Shown here: positions 50,051 through 63,392 of the stretch, in pieces
Position numbering within the stretch: position 1 is the stretch's first letter
How the letters are laid out: every line of letters begins with the position of its first letter
Origin: Mobula birostris
Lineage: Eukaryota
Direction of reading: 5' to 3'
Length of the DNA stretch: 64,000 nt
NCBI RefSeq assembly: GCF_030028105.1
Contig: NC_092384.1
Span: 17,491,629 to 17,555,628 of the forward strand
Made by a program: the position numbers and the translations under genes
Notes under the pieces: model-generated
Seen by the model: the letters and a program-made list of their open reading frames with translations, nothing else
Database searches by the model: none
Told to the model about the DNA's origin: nothing

Positions 50051-52753
50051 TTGGACGTTAAATTCACATATACACAATAACGTGAAAGTAATGGAGAAAT
50101 TCAGGACAGAAGTCAAAGAATACTTAGACCATAATGACACAGGAGAAACATCACCAGTGATCTTATGAGATATACTGATGGCTGTACTGAGAGGGAAAAT
50201 TATTTCCATTTCTACCTACATGAAAAATTCGATGCACAAAAGTTCGCAGACCTTCAAGGAAAATTAAAACAACTTCAAGTTGTAGATAGCAACAAAATTA
50301 TTTCTAATTTAAAACAGGAAATTTAGAAAGTGCAAAGTGAAATTGATGATATATACATATTGGAAACTCAAAGAAACTTTATTTGCCTGAGACAAAAGAA
50401 TTATGAAGTAGGAGGAAAATCGGCATATAAGTTACGTAAATAACTATCAGACAATACAATTCATGGAATAAAGAATCCAAAAACAAAGTTTGTGCAGAAT
50501 ACAATAGGGAAAATTTCAGAGAGTTTTGAAACATATTATCGAGCACTGTACTCTCAACCCCGGGCCTCCAATGACCCCCATACAGACACTTCCCTGAAGT
50601 CTTTAGATCTACCCAAGCTCACGGATTTACAAAATGAATGCCTATTAGAAGCAACAACTGCCAAAGAACTGAAAGTGGCCGTCTCTAGATTAAAGGCTGG
50701 AGAATCTCCAGGCTCAGGCTCAGATGGGTTTACCTCAGAGTGGTACAAGTCGCTGAAGACACAGCTAGTTCAATTATTACTCAACACCTTTAATTGGATC
50801 TTGCAGAGAGGAGAAATTCCAGATGATTCACCGGGGGGGGGGGGGTAAACTGCTTGGTGCGAAACGGGTTAATACAATTAAGGTGCCCAATATATAAGTG
50901 TGTATTGATTAGTTGGGAGGGGTGAAATGTTGACTGGCATGTGGTGTGCCTACCGACCAGGTAGAGGGCGGTGCTGAGCCGTGACAGGCACGGCTCTCTG
51001 GAAACAAACTACAAATTATTTACATCTATATTAGCGCATAGGCTGTACAAGCTTCTACCTGGTCTCATCCACTTAGACCAGACTGGATTCATTCAGCAAT
51101 ACAAAATCAGGACAACATAAGGAGAACGTTACACAAACTGGAACAGGTTTTTAAGAACGGGACAGAGAAAGTGATATTGGGATTAGACGCTGAGAAAGCT
51201 TTTGATTCAGTTAGTTGGGTATTGCTTTAGAGAATGTTAGGAAGATTCGGCTTTCAGGAAAGTTTATTAAAGTAATCCACACTTTATATGACAGCCCTGC
51301 AGCTCTAATTAAGATAAATGGGGACCTCTCTGACTCTTTTATTTTAGAGAGAGGAACTAGACAGGATGCCCAATTTCGCATCTCATTTTTGTATTAAACA
51401 TTGAACCTCTTGCCCAACTAGTAAGACAGAGCGAAATTGTGAAAGGTAACAAGGTGGCAGGAATTGAAATGAAGATGGGGCTATTCGCAGATGGAGTTTT
51501 AGTCTATTTGAGTGAACCAGAAAAATCATTTAGAGGATTGATTACACTGTTGGACGAGTTCGGGAAAATATCAAGTTATACAATTAATGTAAAGAAAACA
51601 CAGGTTTTGTCCTTAAATTATACAGCATCAAAAAACTGCAGGATACATATGATCTTAAGTGGGAAGCTAAATCATTAAAATATTTAGGAATAACCCTGCC
51701 AAAAGATCTTTCAACATTGTCACAGGTAAATTAATTTCAGAGATAAATGCAGGTATACATAGGTGGAAGCTTATCCCCTTTTTAAGTTTAAATTCAAGGA
51801 TAAATACCATAAAAATTAATATTCTCCCTCGTTTACTTAACCTTTTCCGGGTTTTACCTGTGGAGGTGGACGATAATCAATTCAAAGAATGGGACAAATG
51901 GATTTCCCGCTTTTTCTGGCAAGGGAAAAAAAAACCTAGAATCCGATTTAACACCTTACAGTTAGGAAAGGAAGGAAGAGGTATGGCATTTTCTTGTTTG
52001 AGAAATTATTTTTGTGCTTCACGGATAACCCCTCTGTTATATTGGTGCAATAGTGTATATAAGGCTAGATGGAAGGAAATAGAATTTGGATTGATTGACA
52101 GTTTTTCTCTACAGGCCTCCATAGCAAACAAAGGATTGATGGCCCAATTGGAAAAGATTAAAAACAGCTGCATAAATCTCATATTGAAAGTATGGCAGAA
52201 GGTGGCTAATTCATGTGGAATTAATAGCATACAAAGCTTTTCAGATGGTGTGGTTATGATACCGAATTTCCTCCCAGCAGAGGAGACAAAAGATTTGAAC
52301 TGTGGATCAGGAAAGGACTTACAACCTACCTCTCACTCACACATAAAAGTGTATTACAAAGTTTCCAATCCCTGCAGGACAAACATGGCCTAGAAAAGAA
52401 TGACTTTTCAGGTACCTTCAAGTACGACATCATGTTAACCAGAGTTGTAGATATACAGACTTATCAACAGTAGGATTAGAATTTTTTCAAAATTCACAAT
52501 TCGACTTACAGTTCAATACTAAGTAAATCAGTTTCTCGATTATATAATGCCCTCTCACATGCCAAAAAGAAAGGGAAACACATTGTATATTAAAGAGAAG
52601 TGGGAGAAAATGGCAGGGTTGGTACTTTCAGAGGAGGCTGGGGAAAAACTATGCAGCTTCCAGTGGTCTTCGACTAACTCTTTGATTTGGAGAGAACCTG
52701 GTTGGAAAAATATTATAAGATACTTCAAGACGGCATACCAGGAAAAAATATAA

Positions 52754-53056
52754 TGTATTGGGTGGGCACAGGAGTACACTCAGCCAGAGACTCATTCTAC
52801 CGAGATGCAGCACAGAGAGTCATAGGAAGTCATTCCTCCCTGTGGCCATCAAACTTTACAACTCCTCCCTTGGAAGGTCAGACACCCTGAGCCAATAGCC
52901 AATAAGTCCTGTACTTATTTCATAATTTACTGGCATAATTTACATATTACTATTTACCTATTTATTGTTCTATTACTATTTATTATTTATGGTGCAACTG
53001 TAAGGAAAACCAATTTTCCCCGGGATCAATAAAGTATGACTACGACTACTATGACT
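52754..53056 (+). mobile_element. 5'-truncated non-LTR element (Rex/Babar-like 3' end) inserted in L1, TSD AATATAA
   Basis: AATATAA at 52747-52753 and 53057-53063; short-repeat tail tatgactacgactactatgact. Confidence 0.7.
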
Positions 53057-54202
53057 AATATAAAGACACAAACGTGTCGTGTTGGAGAAGCTGTGCCTCC
53101 AAGGAGGCAAATCATTTCCATATTTTTTAGGATTGCCCTAAATTACGTTTATATTGTGAAGGTATTCACAGAACATTAATTAAGGTATTTAAGACTCAGA
53201 TAACTCTGAACTTTGAGGCATGTATTCTTTTTGAAACACAAGAAAGATATAAAGCTGCTGCAGGTCCTTTTAAAGGCAAGTAAGAAATCAATCGCCAGAA
53301 AGTGGTTAAGTCCAACATCACCTACAGCAGAAGATTGGCATGAAATCATTTTGGAAATACTTAACATGGAAAATATGACCTAATCCCTGAGAATTCAAAA
53401 GAAAAACAATCAAATTTGCAATAAATGGATTGAATTTATAACCACAGAGCGAGCAGACTTTAGATGACTCTCCTAAGGGTTTATACTGTTTAACTCAGCA
53501 ACAAAGTCATAATGTTAACGTAAGGACCCTTCGCTCAAATGTCTACCGATTTTTTTTTTGGAAAATGTGGAATTAACACAAGTAAAGAAAAGATCTGTGG
53601 AAATTTTGGACCAGAAGAAACACATGGAAATTAATATTCAACCTCTATTATTAATATTTTATAACAACTATTATCATTATTTAGTTTAATAAACTGGAAT
53701 TACGATTGCACATAAACATCTATTTGATTGCCTAATTATTTTCTCATTGATCTCAATGTGCACTTGTGAATGTACAAATTAATATAGATTTACTCACATA
53801 AAAAATAGAAAAGGTTATGTATGAAAAAAAGTTTGTGTATTACTTGTGAATACCTTATCCAAATAAAGATAAAAGAAAAAAATAAGAAAAAAAAAGGAAT
53901 AATCGGGTCTGTGCAATAGACCGGAAGAGGAGATTCCGACTGAGCATATCAGACATTATCACCTTGAACGGCCGGGCAGTAGACAGGTACGAAATGGCTT
54001 ATTGCTGTTCTTTTCTTAATTTTCTTTCTTTTATTTTATTTTATGACAATTGTCTCTAATGAATCGGAAAAATAACCATTTATCTTGCCAATTGTTACAT
54101 GTGATATCCATCTTTGATGAATGCAAGAAACGAAACGCAGCGATGCTCTGGCCTGCACTCATTGATAATCTATAGCTCTGAACCGCAATGGGATTCTCAG
54201 CT

Positions 54203-54334
54203 TCACAGCTTCTTTGATGTATTTACATCTGCGTATAATGTATGTTTGCTTTGATCTTTGGATGCCGGTGCGCATTTCGAATCGGGAATCTGCAGAGTGG
54301 CGTTAGTCAGTTTGTCAGCTCCACTTCCAGTAGT
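54203..54334 (-). CDS. Receptor copy B, probable terminal cytoplasmic exon TTGSGADKLTNATLQIPDSKCAPASKDQSKHTLYADVNTSKKL* (ITSM TLYADV)
   Basis: TTGCATTACTTTCACAG acceptor, 43 codons plus TGA, AATAAA about 165 nt downstream (~54030-54040). Confidence 0.65.
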   Translation of the reverse strand, partial: TTGSGADKLTNATLQIPDSKCAPASKDQSKHTLYADVNTSKKL

Positions 54335-54697
54335 CTGTGAAAGTAATGCAAGATCAGTGGTCAGTCGAGCACCTAGTGACTAATTGAATCACACGATTGT
54401 AAAATAATTTAGAGATGTACTCATAAGTAATGAACTTTAGGTTGCTTACGCTTTGTGCGCAATTTATGTCAATGTTGTTTCAAGATTTCACTTTATGATT
54501 TATATATTAGAGTTTCTTTCCTTACTTAAAAAGAACTTTAACCAAATCAAGTTAGGAGAGCAAAGAAATTCTTGAAGTAGCAGTAATGGTACAAACTAAC
54601 TGGCTAACTTATAATAACATCGCATTTTCTGTCATTTGAGTCTGATTACCGCATCCTATTTCGTCTCTAGAGATCACAGGTGTTTACTCAGCTACAC

Positions 54698-54752
54698 CTG
54701 CCAACGCAGTTCCAAATGCACATGGGCTTTGTCGTCAGTGGACAGCGCAGAA
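54698..54752 (-). CDS. Receptor copy B, candidate cytoplasmic exon 3 (SALSTDDKAHVHLELRWQ; phase 2 to 0)
   Basis: CTCTGTCAG acceptor; weak CAG|GTGTAG donor; it supplies the phase needed between 57426 and 54334. Confidence 0.3.
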
Positions 54753-54989
54753 CTGACAGAGTGAACGTTGGCACTTTGTTCAGTCAGGTTCTCTGATTAC
54801 AGTTTTGTAACAATTCGGTATTTCCGGTAGTTCAGTTCTCTTCGGTTATTATCAGACACTCGTCTTTGTTATGCAGCTGATAATGGACGTTGGGATAGAC
54901 GACATTCCCAGTTTCGTGCTATTTGGCGTTTCCTCGCGTGAAAATTACATGTGAAATTAAATTCGTAAAGGCAAGGAAAAAGTAATCTC

Positions 54990-56230
54990 TAGAGATTCTG
55001 CAGATGCTGGAAATCCTGAAGACTGCAAACAACATACTGAAGGAAATCTTAGGTAAGACAACATGCAAGTAGGTAAATAAACTGCCGGTTGTTTATGGCA
55101 AAGACGCTTTATCGGGATTGGAAAAGAGGGGCCAGAATCTAGAATATAAACGATGGTGGGGGTGCGGGAAAAATAGCAGGTGACAGGTGAAACCAGGTAA
55201 ATGCTAAGGTATGTGCATGATTGGTGAAAGAATGACGTAAGAAGCTGGGAGGTGACGGGTGGAAAAGGTAAACCGTGTGTAATGGGTTTCTCCTTTATGA
55301 TACTGTTTAGGCTAATCAAAATGGTTTCTTTGTTATGTTACTGCTGAGAAAGTGCTTCTCTCTCTCGCAGTTTGCGTTATAAAGAAAATTGTATTCATTT
55401 GCTAACCAATTGGAATATATGCTATTCTTTCTTGTGTGTACGTAAGCTACTGTTTTCGCGGGCTTTGGGCGAGAATGCGCGGTGGGGACAGAGACAGGAG
55501 ACGCGATATTGTAAATTGGGCGGCGGGACGGACCCCGAGTGGGAGTCCGAGGCCCAGGGTCTTCGGCGAGGAGAGGAGACGAAGACAGACTCGTGTGTAG
55601 CGTCTGGTCGCCACCGTGGTTAGTTCCAGGCGGCGGTTCGAGGAGGTCGGAGAGGATCGAATGGTGGAAAGAAGACTACCTTAGCTGATCTCCAACTGTT
55701 GAGTACGAAGTAGTTGAGCTTTGAGAGGTTTGGCGCCTTTTACTTTCATTTTCTTTATTTCTATTAATTACATAGTTCCAGTAACATCTATAAAGTGTAA
55801 TCAATTAATCACATATGGTGTATGGTCTGTTATTTGGCGGGGTGGGGTACATCACACAGCATCCACACAAACTTGATTACCCAGCTTGGCGGGGCCGAAG
55901 GCTGCTCCCCCTAGACGAAAGCGAGCTGAGCGAGCCTGAGGCTTAGCAGGAGGCTACACGTGTCTGAAGGAATCTGATACGGGAGGACTGTAGTCCCTGC
56001 CAAATAGAAGGAGGAGCCCGAGGTTGGGCACAGCCTGATGAGCAGATGACGAGAAGAGAAAATGTGAAATGCAGAATGAAAGAAAAAGAACGGAATGATA
56101 GGGAAATTCCCATAGGTTAGAGAAATCGAAGTGTATGCCTTCAGGTTGGAGTTTCCCGAGATGGAAGAAAATATTATGCTTTTACCAGAATATTAAATTG
56201 TATGAGGAGATAGGCTACTTTTCACTGAAA
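54990..56230 (-). mobile_element. Penelope-like fragment interrupted by a solo LTR
   Basis: Similar to 1160-1465; the flanks rejoin across the LTR. Confidence 0.45.
55278..55958. repeat. Solo LTR (681 bp), TGTA...TACA, 4-bp TSD CGTG
   Basis: CGTG at 55274-55277 and 55959-55962. Confidence 0.8.
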
Positions 56231-57425
56231 GGGGATTATCTATGACGTGTTTTATATTTTGTTACAGTGTCAATGGTATGCTTAAGTTTGTAAAATTAAC
56301 TTCCTCTTGGATGATGATTTTATATATGAACCCTTTGGGGTACTCCGGTTTCCTCCCAGATTCCAAAGACTTAGAGGTTAGGATGTCAATTGATCACGTG
56401 GGTGTTACTGAGCTGCATGGGCTAAGTGTACCGGAAGAGCCTATAACCGTGCTACATCTCTGATGCAAGTCTATATCATAATCATGCTGATCTCCCTGCT
56501 TTACCTGGGAATAGATAACGCGCTCCTCCGGTTGGCGATCTTTGCGAAATCGTTTGCTGACGCTGTGGTTTAGTGAAGCGTAGGCAGTGGTGTGCTCAAC
56601 CGGTGCTTGTGCAGCCTGTTAGAAAAACATATTTAATACAGCTAACTGATACAGAACTCAGTGATCATAAACTAAATTAGAGTTGTAAAACCTAACACCG
56701 AGGATAAAAAAATATGTTGGAATAACATTTTGTCTGTGCACAATGATACTGTCCATACATTATACCGGAGGTGGGATCTCGAACGTTTCAGGCTGGAAAT
56801 CGCTATGTTTAGATTTTCAGAACACCGCTTATAACAGTCCTAGGGAGAGGATGGTGTTCTCAGTTCTGGCCATCTCTGTTTTCTTCAGCTCCTAAATCCT
56901 ATCTCTTACGTCGCTCTAAATTCTGTGCATGGGCACAGGCCTATCTTGGCACAGGATCTATCTTTTACGCATGCGTCGCATTATTGTATTCATTGTCCTG
57001 ATCAGAATTCGTCTGAAACTCTGATCCTTACAGTTCATATTATTTAAGTTAAGAATATTGGAGCAAATGGCAAGTCCTGATGCTAAGTGTCGCTTAACTC
57101 AAGCCCGTAACACGGGAGCGGCATCCTGGGCTTTCGTTGATATGATTGGTTTTCCTGGTGAATCACTTAAATTGCGATCGAAGTAGGTAGAGTCAATCGA
57201 CTTGGTCGTTGCAGTAAATCATAAAAATGGTAATTGTATTGCTGAAATAATGGCATAGCATTCCAGAGTAATAAAGTAATAGTAAAAATGTAATCATGAA
57301 TGCTTCAGCTTCAACTTAAATATTGCTGTAAGAAGTAGCCCTAAATTTCTGGAAGTTTTACAAACACTGCTGGAAATTTTAGCGGTATTCTACCATTATG
57401 AAATTAGTGATGTGTGCATGACTAC

Positions 57426-57459
57426 CTTATCTTAGCTGCTGCAGTCGCTTCATTTGCAC
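57426..57459 (-). CDS. Receptor copy B, candidate cytoplasmic exon 2 (GANEATAAAKI)
   Basis: taCAG acceptor and AAG|GTAGTC donor; homologue of 2757-2790. Confidence 0.45.
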
Positions 57460-58462
57460 CTGTAGTCTTTAGGTAAAATTAAAACGAAATTTGTTGTACT
57501 GGGGAAAGTGATTAATGAAACACTAGAAGACAAATGTTATCAGGAGAATGAATCCAGGCGGAAAAAAAAACATTGAAGTGCGGGAAACATGAAGTAAAAC
57601 AGAGAAATAGAATACAGAAAATTTTTGTAGATCATGAACCACCAGTTAAACAGAGATAGTTAACGTTCACTTTGCATTCTGCGGTCGTCAATCTAGAGTG
57701 TCAACTGGTTCCCTTTCCAAAATCGGTCAGTAGCTACAGATTATTTTCTGCTTTGAATCCAAATGGGAGAGGACAATACTTTTATCCGTTTTAGGCTTTG
57801 TTTCCCAAATTGAGGATGATAATCATTCAGCGTAGCATCGTGGACTAGAAGGCGTCATGTGGGATTTCGTTTAACATGCGGTTATTATTGTTCACCACAT
57901 ACTACAAGGTCTTGTTGCAAGTATATTCGATACCATTGCAGGTTACGCACTGCTGTGCGTATCTTTTTGCAGATCGGGGTTAAAACTGCATTTAATATTG
58001 CAAGAACCATTTCAATAAAACAAGATTCCGTTACATTTTTACCTTGATGCTGTCCGTCAGTCAAATATAGTATACATTACGAATTGATTCGTGCACCTAC
58101 GGTAATTTCCCATTGTCCAGTCAACTGCGATTCTCGTAAACTAGCATTAAGTAGTTTCTCACACTCTCAGATATGTGTTGAATTACTCGTCAAAACAACT
58201 CACAATCCAATGGTAAATATTACCGTTCACCTGGCAATCCAACCGGTTATGAACCGGTCAGGAACCTTGAAAGGTTACAGGAAGCAGATGCAAGGAGAAT
58301 ATTCAAATAAATCTTGGATGCATACTTGAAAATAAATAATTGACGTGGAAAATTGTTTTATTTTCCCTACCACGCTCCAAAGTGTTATGCAATAAAATAC
58401 ATTCATAATATCTTTGCTTTGCAAATATCCCGCTCTGAAACAAGACGAGTCACTTCACCTAC

Positions 58463-58506
58463 CGGGTCTTCATTCTGACATCCCTCCAAAGAATTTGTGT
58501 TACCCC
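58463..58506 (-). CDS. Receptor copy B, cytoplasmic exon 1 (GGNTNSLEGCQNEDP; may extend 4 nt to 58459)
   Basis: Same acceptor as A; two overlapping donors, CCG|GTAGGT and TAG|GTGAAG. Confidence 0.6.
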
Positions 58507-59145
58507 CTTCAGAAAAGAGAACAAAAATAAATGATTTGCATTGTAAACATTGAACATTTTTCATTTGATACCAATCGAATTAATAGTGTAAGTGGAACTG
58601 CTGAAGGTACGGATCTTGCAGAAAATACTTGTTGGTAACAGTCGTGCTAATATAGTGTTCGCATTAAGTTGGTGCTAAGCTCAGAAGGCATTGACTTCCA
58701 ACGAGGTTGTAAAGTTATCATAGCATAACAGCGGCGGTGCTGTACTTAAGTATGGCAAACAAAATGGAAATTAAAAGCAATGAGACGTGCGTAAGTTGGT
58801 CAATGTTCTTTGCACAATCAGAGGGAGTTTAGATATACGCCAAGACGTTTATGTTTCAAAATACGGATCTACCATTGTATGGAAAAGACATTTGAAGAAC
58901 TCCAAAGGGATATAACGGCATTCGTAAATGAGATATGAAATAATTCCAGTGGAATGGTGAAATAATTAAATTTTAAGATCAGGGATGTATTGTGACAGAA
59001 TATTATCACAGAGATCCGACTTCGAAAATCGTGACCCATGTCCAATCATTCTGTAAATGTCATTTACTGTTTTGAAGTTAAATAACATTAAAGCTTCTAT
59101 TTTATACGAATAGAGGTGATGTTTAGAAGCGATCAGTTTCCTTAC

Positions 59146-59244
59146 CGTGTGATCTCTTTAACTTCAGTCTCAGCAAAAGTATTATCAGAATTAAAATTGC
59201 CGATCCGCCCGCTGCACGTTCGAGAATCAATCTGGTATCAGCGC
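59146..59244 (-). CDS. Receptor copy B, TM exon GADTRLILERAAGGSAILILIILLLRLKLKRSH
   Basis: TTTCTTTTTCAAG acceptor, G|GTAAG donor, 99 nt, phase 1-1, in frame. Confidence 0.75.
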
Positions 59245-60500
59245 CTTGAAAAAGAAACCGTGAACCATTGATACAACTAAACACAAATCCACACATGACA
59301 AATAATAGTGCAAACTATTCTTTAGGCTCCTTTCATATCTCACCACACAATGATTGGAAAATGCACAGAATATACAATATAAAACAAAGATATCCGAATT
59401 TAGTTTCTCCAGACACATACGAGCTATTTTCTGAGACTAAGAATAGGCTCGGCTGCATCTTCCTATACTTCTCTTGACAATAGATATCAGCAAAACTATA
59501 GAACGTGTAAACATCAAACCAGATACGATTCTGATCTCGATTCAACCGGTTAAATCATGTCTGTCAAGAAGATTCTTTCGTACGATCAAAACCTAAAGGT
59601 AACTCGTTGACTCGCCACAGGAGTCCCGGTGCAGCAACAATTCGCTTCCGCATTACATGCTGAAATTACTCGTTAACTTCATGAGTTTATAACACTGTAC
59701 TCTCTAAGCCTCCTGAATGTGCATCGAGCATATTAAACGTATATTCCCACTGTTATGGTTTCCACAGGTTTAGGAGTGACAAACCCGAGTTCATGGAAAA
59801 CTGCGTAATGAAAACATAGACCAAACTCGAGTCACCTATTTGAATTGTGTTGCCTACTATTATTGGAAGGTAATTACGCGGAGACTAAATTTTGACAAAG
59901 TCTGTCCACAGTTTCGCTCCCTATGCATTCGTTTCAGGTGGCAATTAAGTGTCACGCCTCAGTGTTCAGGAATTCCTATCTTGATTCAGATTTTGCCCCG
60001 TCTCCACATTTTTTTCCGGTAAAACTATGTCAATTAAGTACACCTTCGCTCATCAGCAGATGGTTTCCCCTGTTGTTACATCACCATGAGTTTCAGAATT
60101 AGTTTTACTTTGTCTCATCTTTGACTAATATCCAGAATTTTGTTACCTTACAAGTACTACACGAATTTAATTTCTTAATTCATCCTACACGATTTAAACT
60201 GAGGGTATGAGAAATGTGTTTGTAACACCATTCACATTGAATGTTCACTGCAAACAAGTAATCTTCAAATTTCGCCCTTCTTCTCTGTTTGGTTAGCTAT
60301 TCCGCCCCTGTTCTTAACCAGGTTTGATCTACCCACCTGTATCGTTTCAAACTTCTCGGAACGCTAGAGATTCTGAACGTGTTGAAAACTCAGAGCAGCA
60401 CACAAAATACCAAAGGTACGCAGCAGATCAGGAGAGGAATAAAGTAACGACGTTTAGATCCGAGACCTGATGTCAGGACGCAATCAAGACAGCATCTTAC

Positions 60501-60794
60501 CTTGCTCCAGGACGTGGCTGAAACAGGCAGGCACCGTGAGGGAGACATGCAACACCAGGCAGATGTAAACATCTTTTCCCCAAGCAGACTGATTAGTTTC
60601 CAATAAACTGTAAGCCTCATATAAACCCTCCGCCGTCCGGTTAATATCTGTTTTTATTCCAGTGAGAATTTGCCTGTTATTCGTTTGCCAGACGATTTGT
60701 AATTCCTTCGGGTAGAAGGCAGCTGTTTTACAGAGGAGCTTCCGAGGAGCCGAAAACTCTGCAATAGGAACGATTTCCAATGGAGTTGGGGGAG
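60501..60794 (-). CDS. Receptor copy B, C1-set Ig exon
   Basis: 5 nt differences from 6162-6455; splice sites intact. Confidence 0.92.
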
Positions 60795-62099
60795 CTTGAA
60801 TAAAAAGAGAGTTATATTGGGTGTTACCATCCATTTAGTTCAACTAAATTCCTTTATCTTCCCGTCAATTACAATGACATCTCACTATCAAATTAGTTAC
60901 CCGCCATAGGTTCACAGCATTTTATAAATTATTTTAATTTCAAGTTCATGTTCATAGTTAATAAAACACACAGATGTACATGGCTAAATGAAACATGATT
61001 CATCTGGGGTCAACTGCAAAATGCAGTCCATGTATTCACACACAGCACGTCCAGTCACCATCCAGCACATACAGTGCAAACTAAACGAAGCAAAATTGAG
61101 TCACCGTGCAGAGACAGATGAAAGGAAAAATTCGAAGAAGGCACCGAGAAGGCGAATCTAAGGGGTGAGAGGTGAGAAAGACATTCTGTTTTGAATGGTC
61201 TTTCAGCTTTATCACATGATACTGTTTGCGGCGGCGTGTTGGCTTTGGAAAATATTCCTTTCTGCATTTTTTTTTTATTTCCAATAAAAACTGAACTATA
61301 AAACCCAAAATATACAGATGTCCACACTACGAACGCAAGAAGCTCTTGCACATTGGTTTAATATGCTGGCAACTCATTTGTTCAGGTAGCTTTTCAGAGC
61401 TTACGTTGGAGTTTTCCAGTTATAAACATTCACTGATAGAGCTTTCCTCGGAATGTATATCATTGCTAGAAAATTTCTCCCGCATTTAATGTGTTGAATG
61501 TGGCAAATCCTACCCTCCATGAAACAACTAGGAACGGGAAAGAGAGATGATATTAAGCGCATTTATTCTACATTTCTATTCTTTCATAAACCTGTCGGCC
61601 TGCAGCAAAATGGTCGAAAATGACCTGACACTGCTATACGAACGATGGTGCCCTGCAGAGAGGCAACCCAGGAGCTGAACGAACTCCGCTTCTCTCTGCA
61701 GAGATTTCACTGAAAGGTAAGCCCAAAATTCACGATTTTGTAAACGTGAACTGCTTCCGCTTCAACTATGGTCCGTATCTAACTTAGGAAAGGCTATTTT
61801 CAGATTGCTTTATCAATATGTCACAACATTTAGCATTTTTCCCTGCCTACAATTGCCATCCTGAGTTCACGGTTGCCCCCACAGCACTGCCATGGCCCAT
61901 ATACAGATGACAGATGTTAACGTGCTTGTTGCCGTGAGGCAAATTACTTTGTATAAATCCTCAAGGCCCGAGGTGGAGTCCCATCCGAAGTCTTGGGAGG
62001 CTCGTGCATAATTTGAAGGTGCCTTGATAGAGGTATTCAAAATATCCTGACCCACGGGTGAGAAGCCAGAGGACTGGATATGACTAATGTTTTTTAGGT

Positions 62100-62530
62100 G
62101 TTCAAGAAAAGTTCTAAGAAGACGCAGGGATCTTTTAGGCTGGTAAGACTGACGATTGTAAATGATAACTTGTTACAAATATTCCAAGTGACAAGATACA
62201 TAACTATTTAGATAGAAGTTGGAATAGCCATCAGGATTTTGTGCATGGTAAGTAGTGTCTGGCTTATCTTGAATAGCTTATCGAGGAGTTTACCAGAGAT
62301 CATGTTGAAGGAAATGCAGTGGATGTTGTCTACATGGCAATCCCTTGGGCAAAGTCCGTAATGAGAGGCTGATCAAGAAGGTTCGGTTGGCATTCAGGAT
62401 GTAGTAGTAAACTGCATTTCACATTGGCTTGGGGGGAAAGCCAGGGGGTGGCTGTCGACGGCTTCTCTCTGACTGGAGGCCTATAACTAGAGGTGTGCCG
62501 CGGGGATCGGTGCTGGCTACGTTGATAGTT
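62100..62530 (+). mobile_element. Degraded CR1 RT fragment, homologue of 7790-8210
   Basis: Colinear match within the duplicated intron. Confidence 0.7.
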
Positions 62531-63392
62531 CTTAATTAATTTTTTATGACAATGGATTAAACTGGTTGAGAATTATTTTCAGATCTGCACAATGGGTAAC
62601 GAATGCAGACAGCTGTAAAATGGGCTGTAAAATGACAGCTGGAATTCATTCGCTTTCGAATTCCATTCGTGCTCAGCTCTCTACCCTTTACATTATAACC
62701 CTATCAAAATTCATCTCGATATTACGATTTCTATTTCTCTCCCTATTTTGAATGGGGAAAGAGGTATAGATATTCAGAAATTTTGCAAAGCACATTTGGA
62801 TTGATAATTTGCAACAAATTGGTACATTATATTGCTATTAATTCTTTTGGATCTGGGTGAGTTTGTAACCTTGTCATATCCTATAAGAGAGTTGATAAAA
62901 TTGTTCATGATTTGCCTCATGTGTGATGGGAAATCGAGCTTTCCAACTACAGCCACTCACATTAGTAACAATATTATTTCAACATCTTGCCTGCAATGCA
63001 AACATTACTTCACTTGCAAATAATTCCTTGTTTTTGAAGCACCTTCTCGATAATAATGCTAAAATCGAAGGGCATCACTAACCTTGGACATTAGCTTTAA
63101 ATAGGAGATTGTCGATCGATAGGTCTGCACTGACAGCAGTTGTAAGGAGTACGATACAGCAAACAGAATCAGCGTTATTTCTCGTCCAATTGACGCTGCC
63201 TAAAATGTGATTATTTTATTCTGTTCTTTTTAACTCTACAATTGGAGCTTGTAGAATGGGGTTTGCTTTGACGCGTGAAACAAATCCGCTCTCGCTGTTT
63301 GTTTTATCAAATAGTAACATTACATATTAATCTCATCATTAGCTTTAATTTAAATTGCACAAAAGCGAAAATCTCCTCGTAGCCGCACTAAC

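Larger units (their letters stand above)
47780..53897 (+). mobile_element. L1-clade LINE (ORF1 ~47870-48760; ORF2 endonuclease-RT ~49200-53400), degenerate, with poly(A) tail
   Basis: ORF1 RAHRAL...PRSILVRF...LYPARLRV; endonuclease NVYAPP, GGDFN, SDHSP; RT LDAEKAFDSV, RGTRQ, LFAD; AATAAA and an A-rich tail at 53861-53897. Confidence 0.85.
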
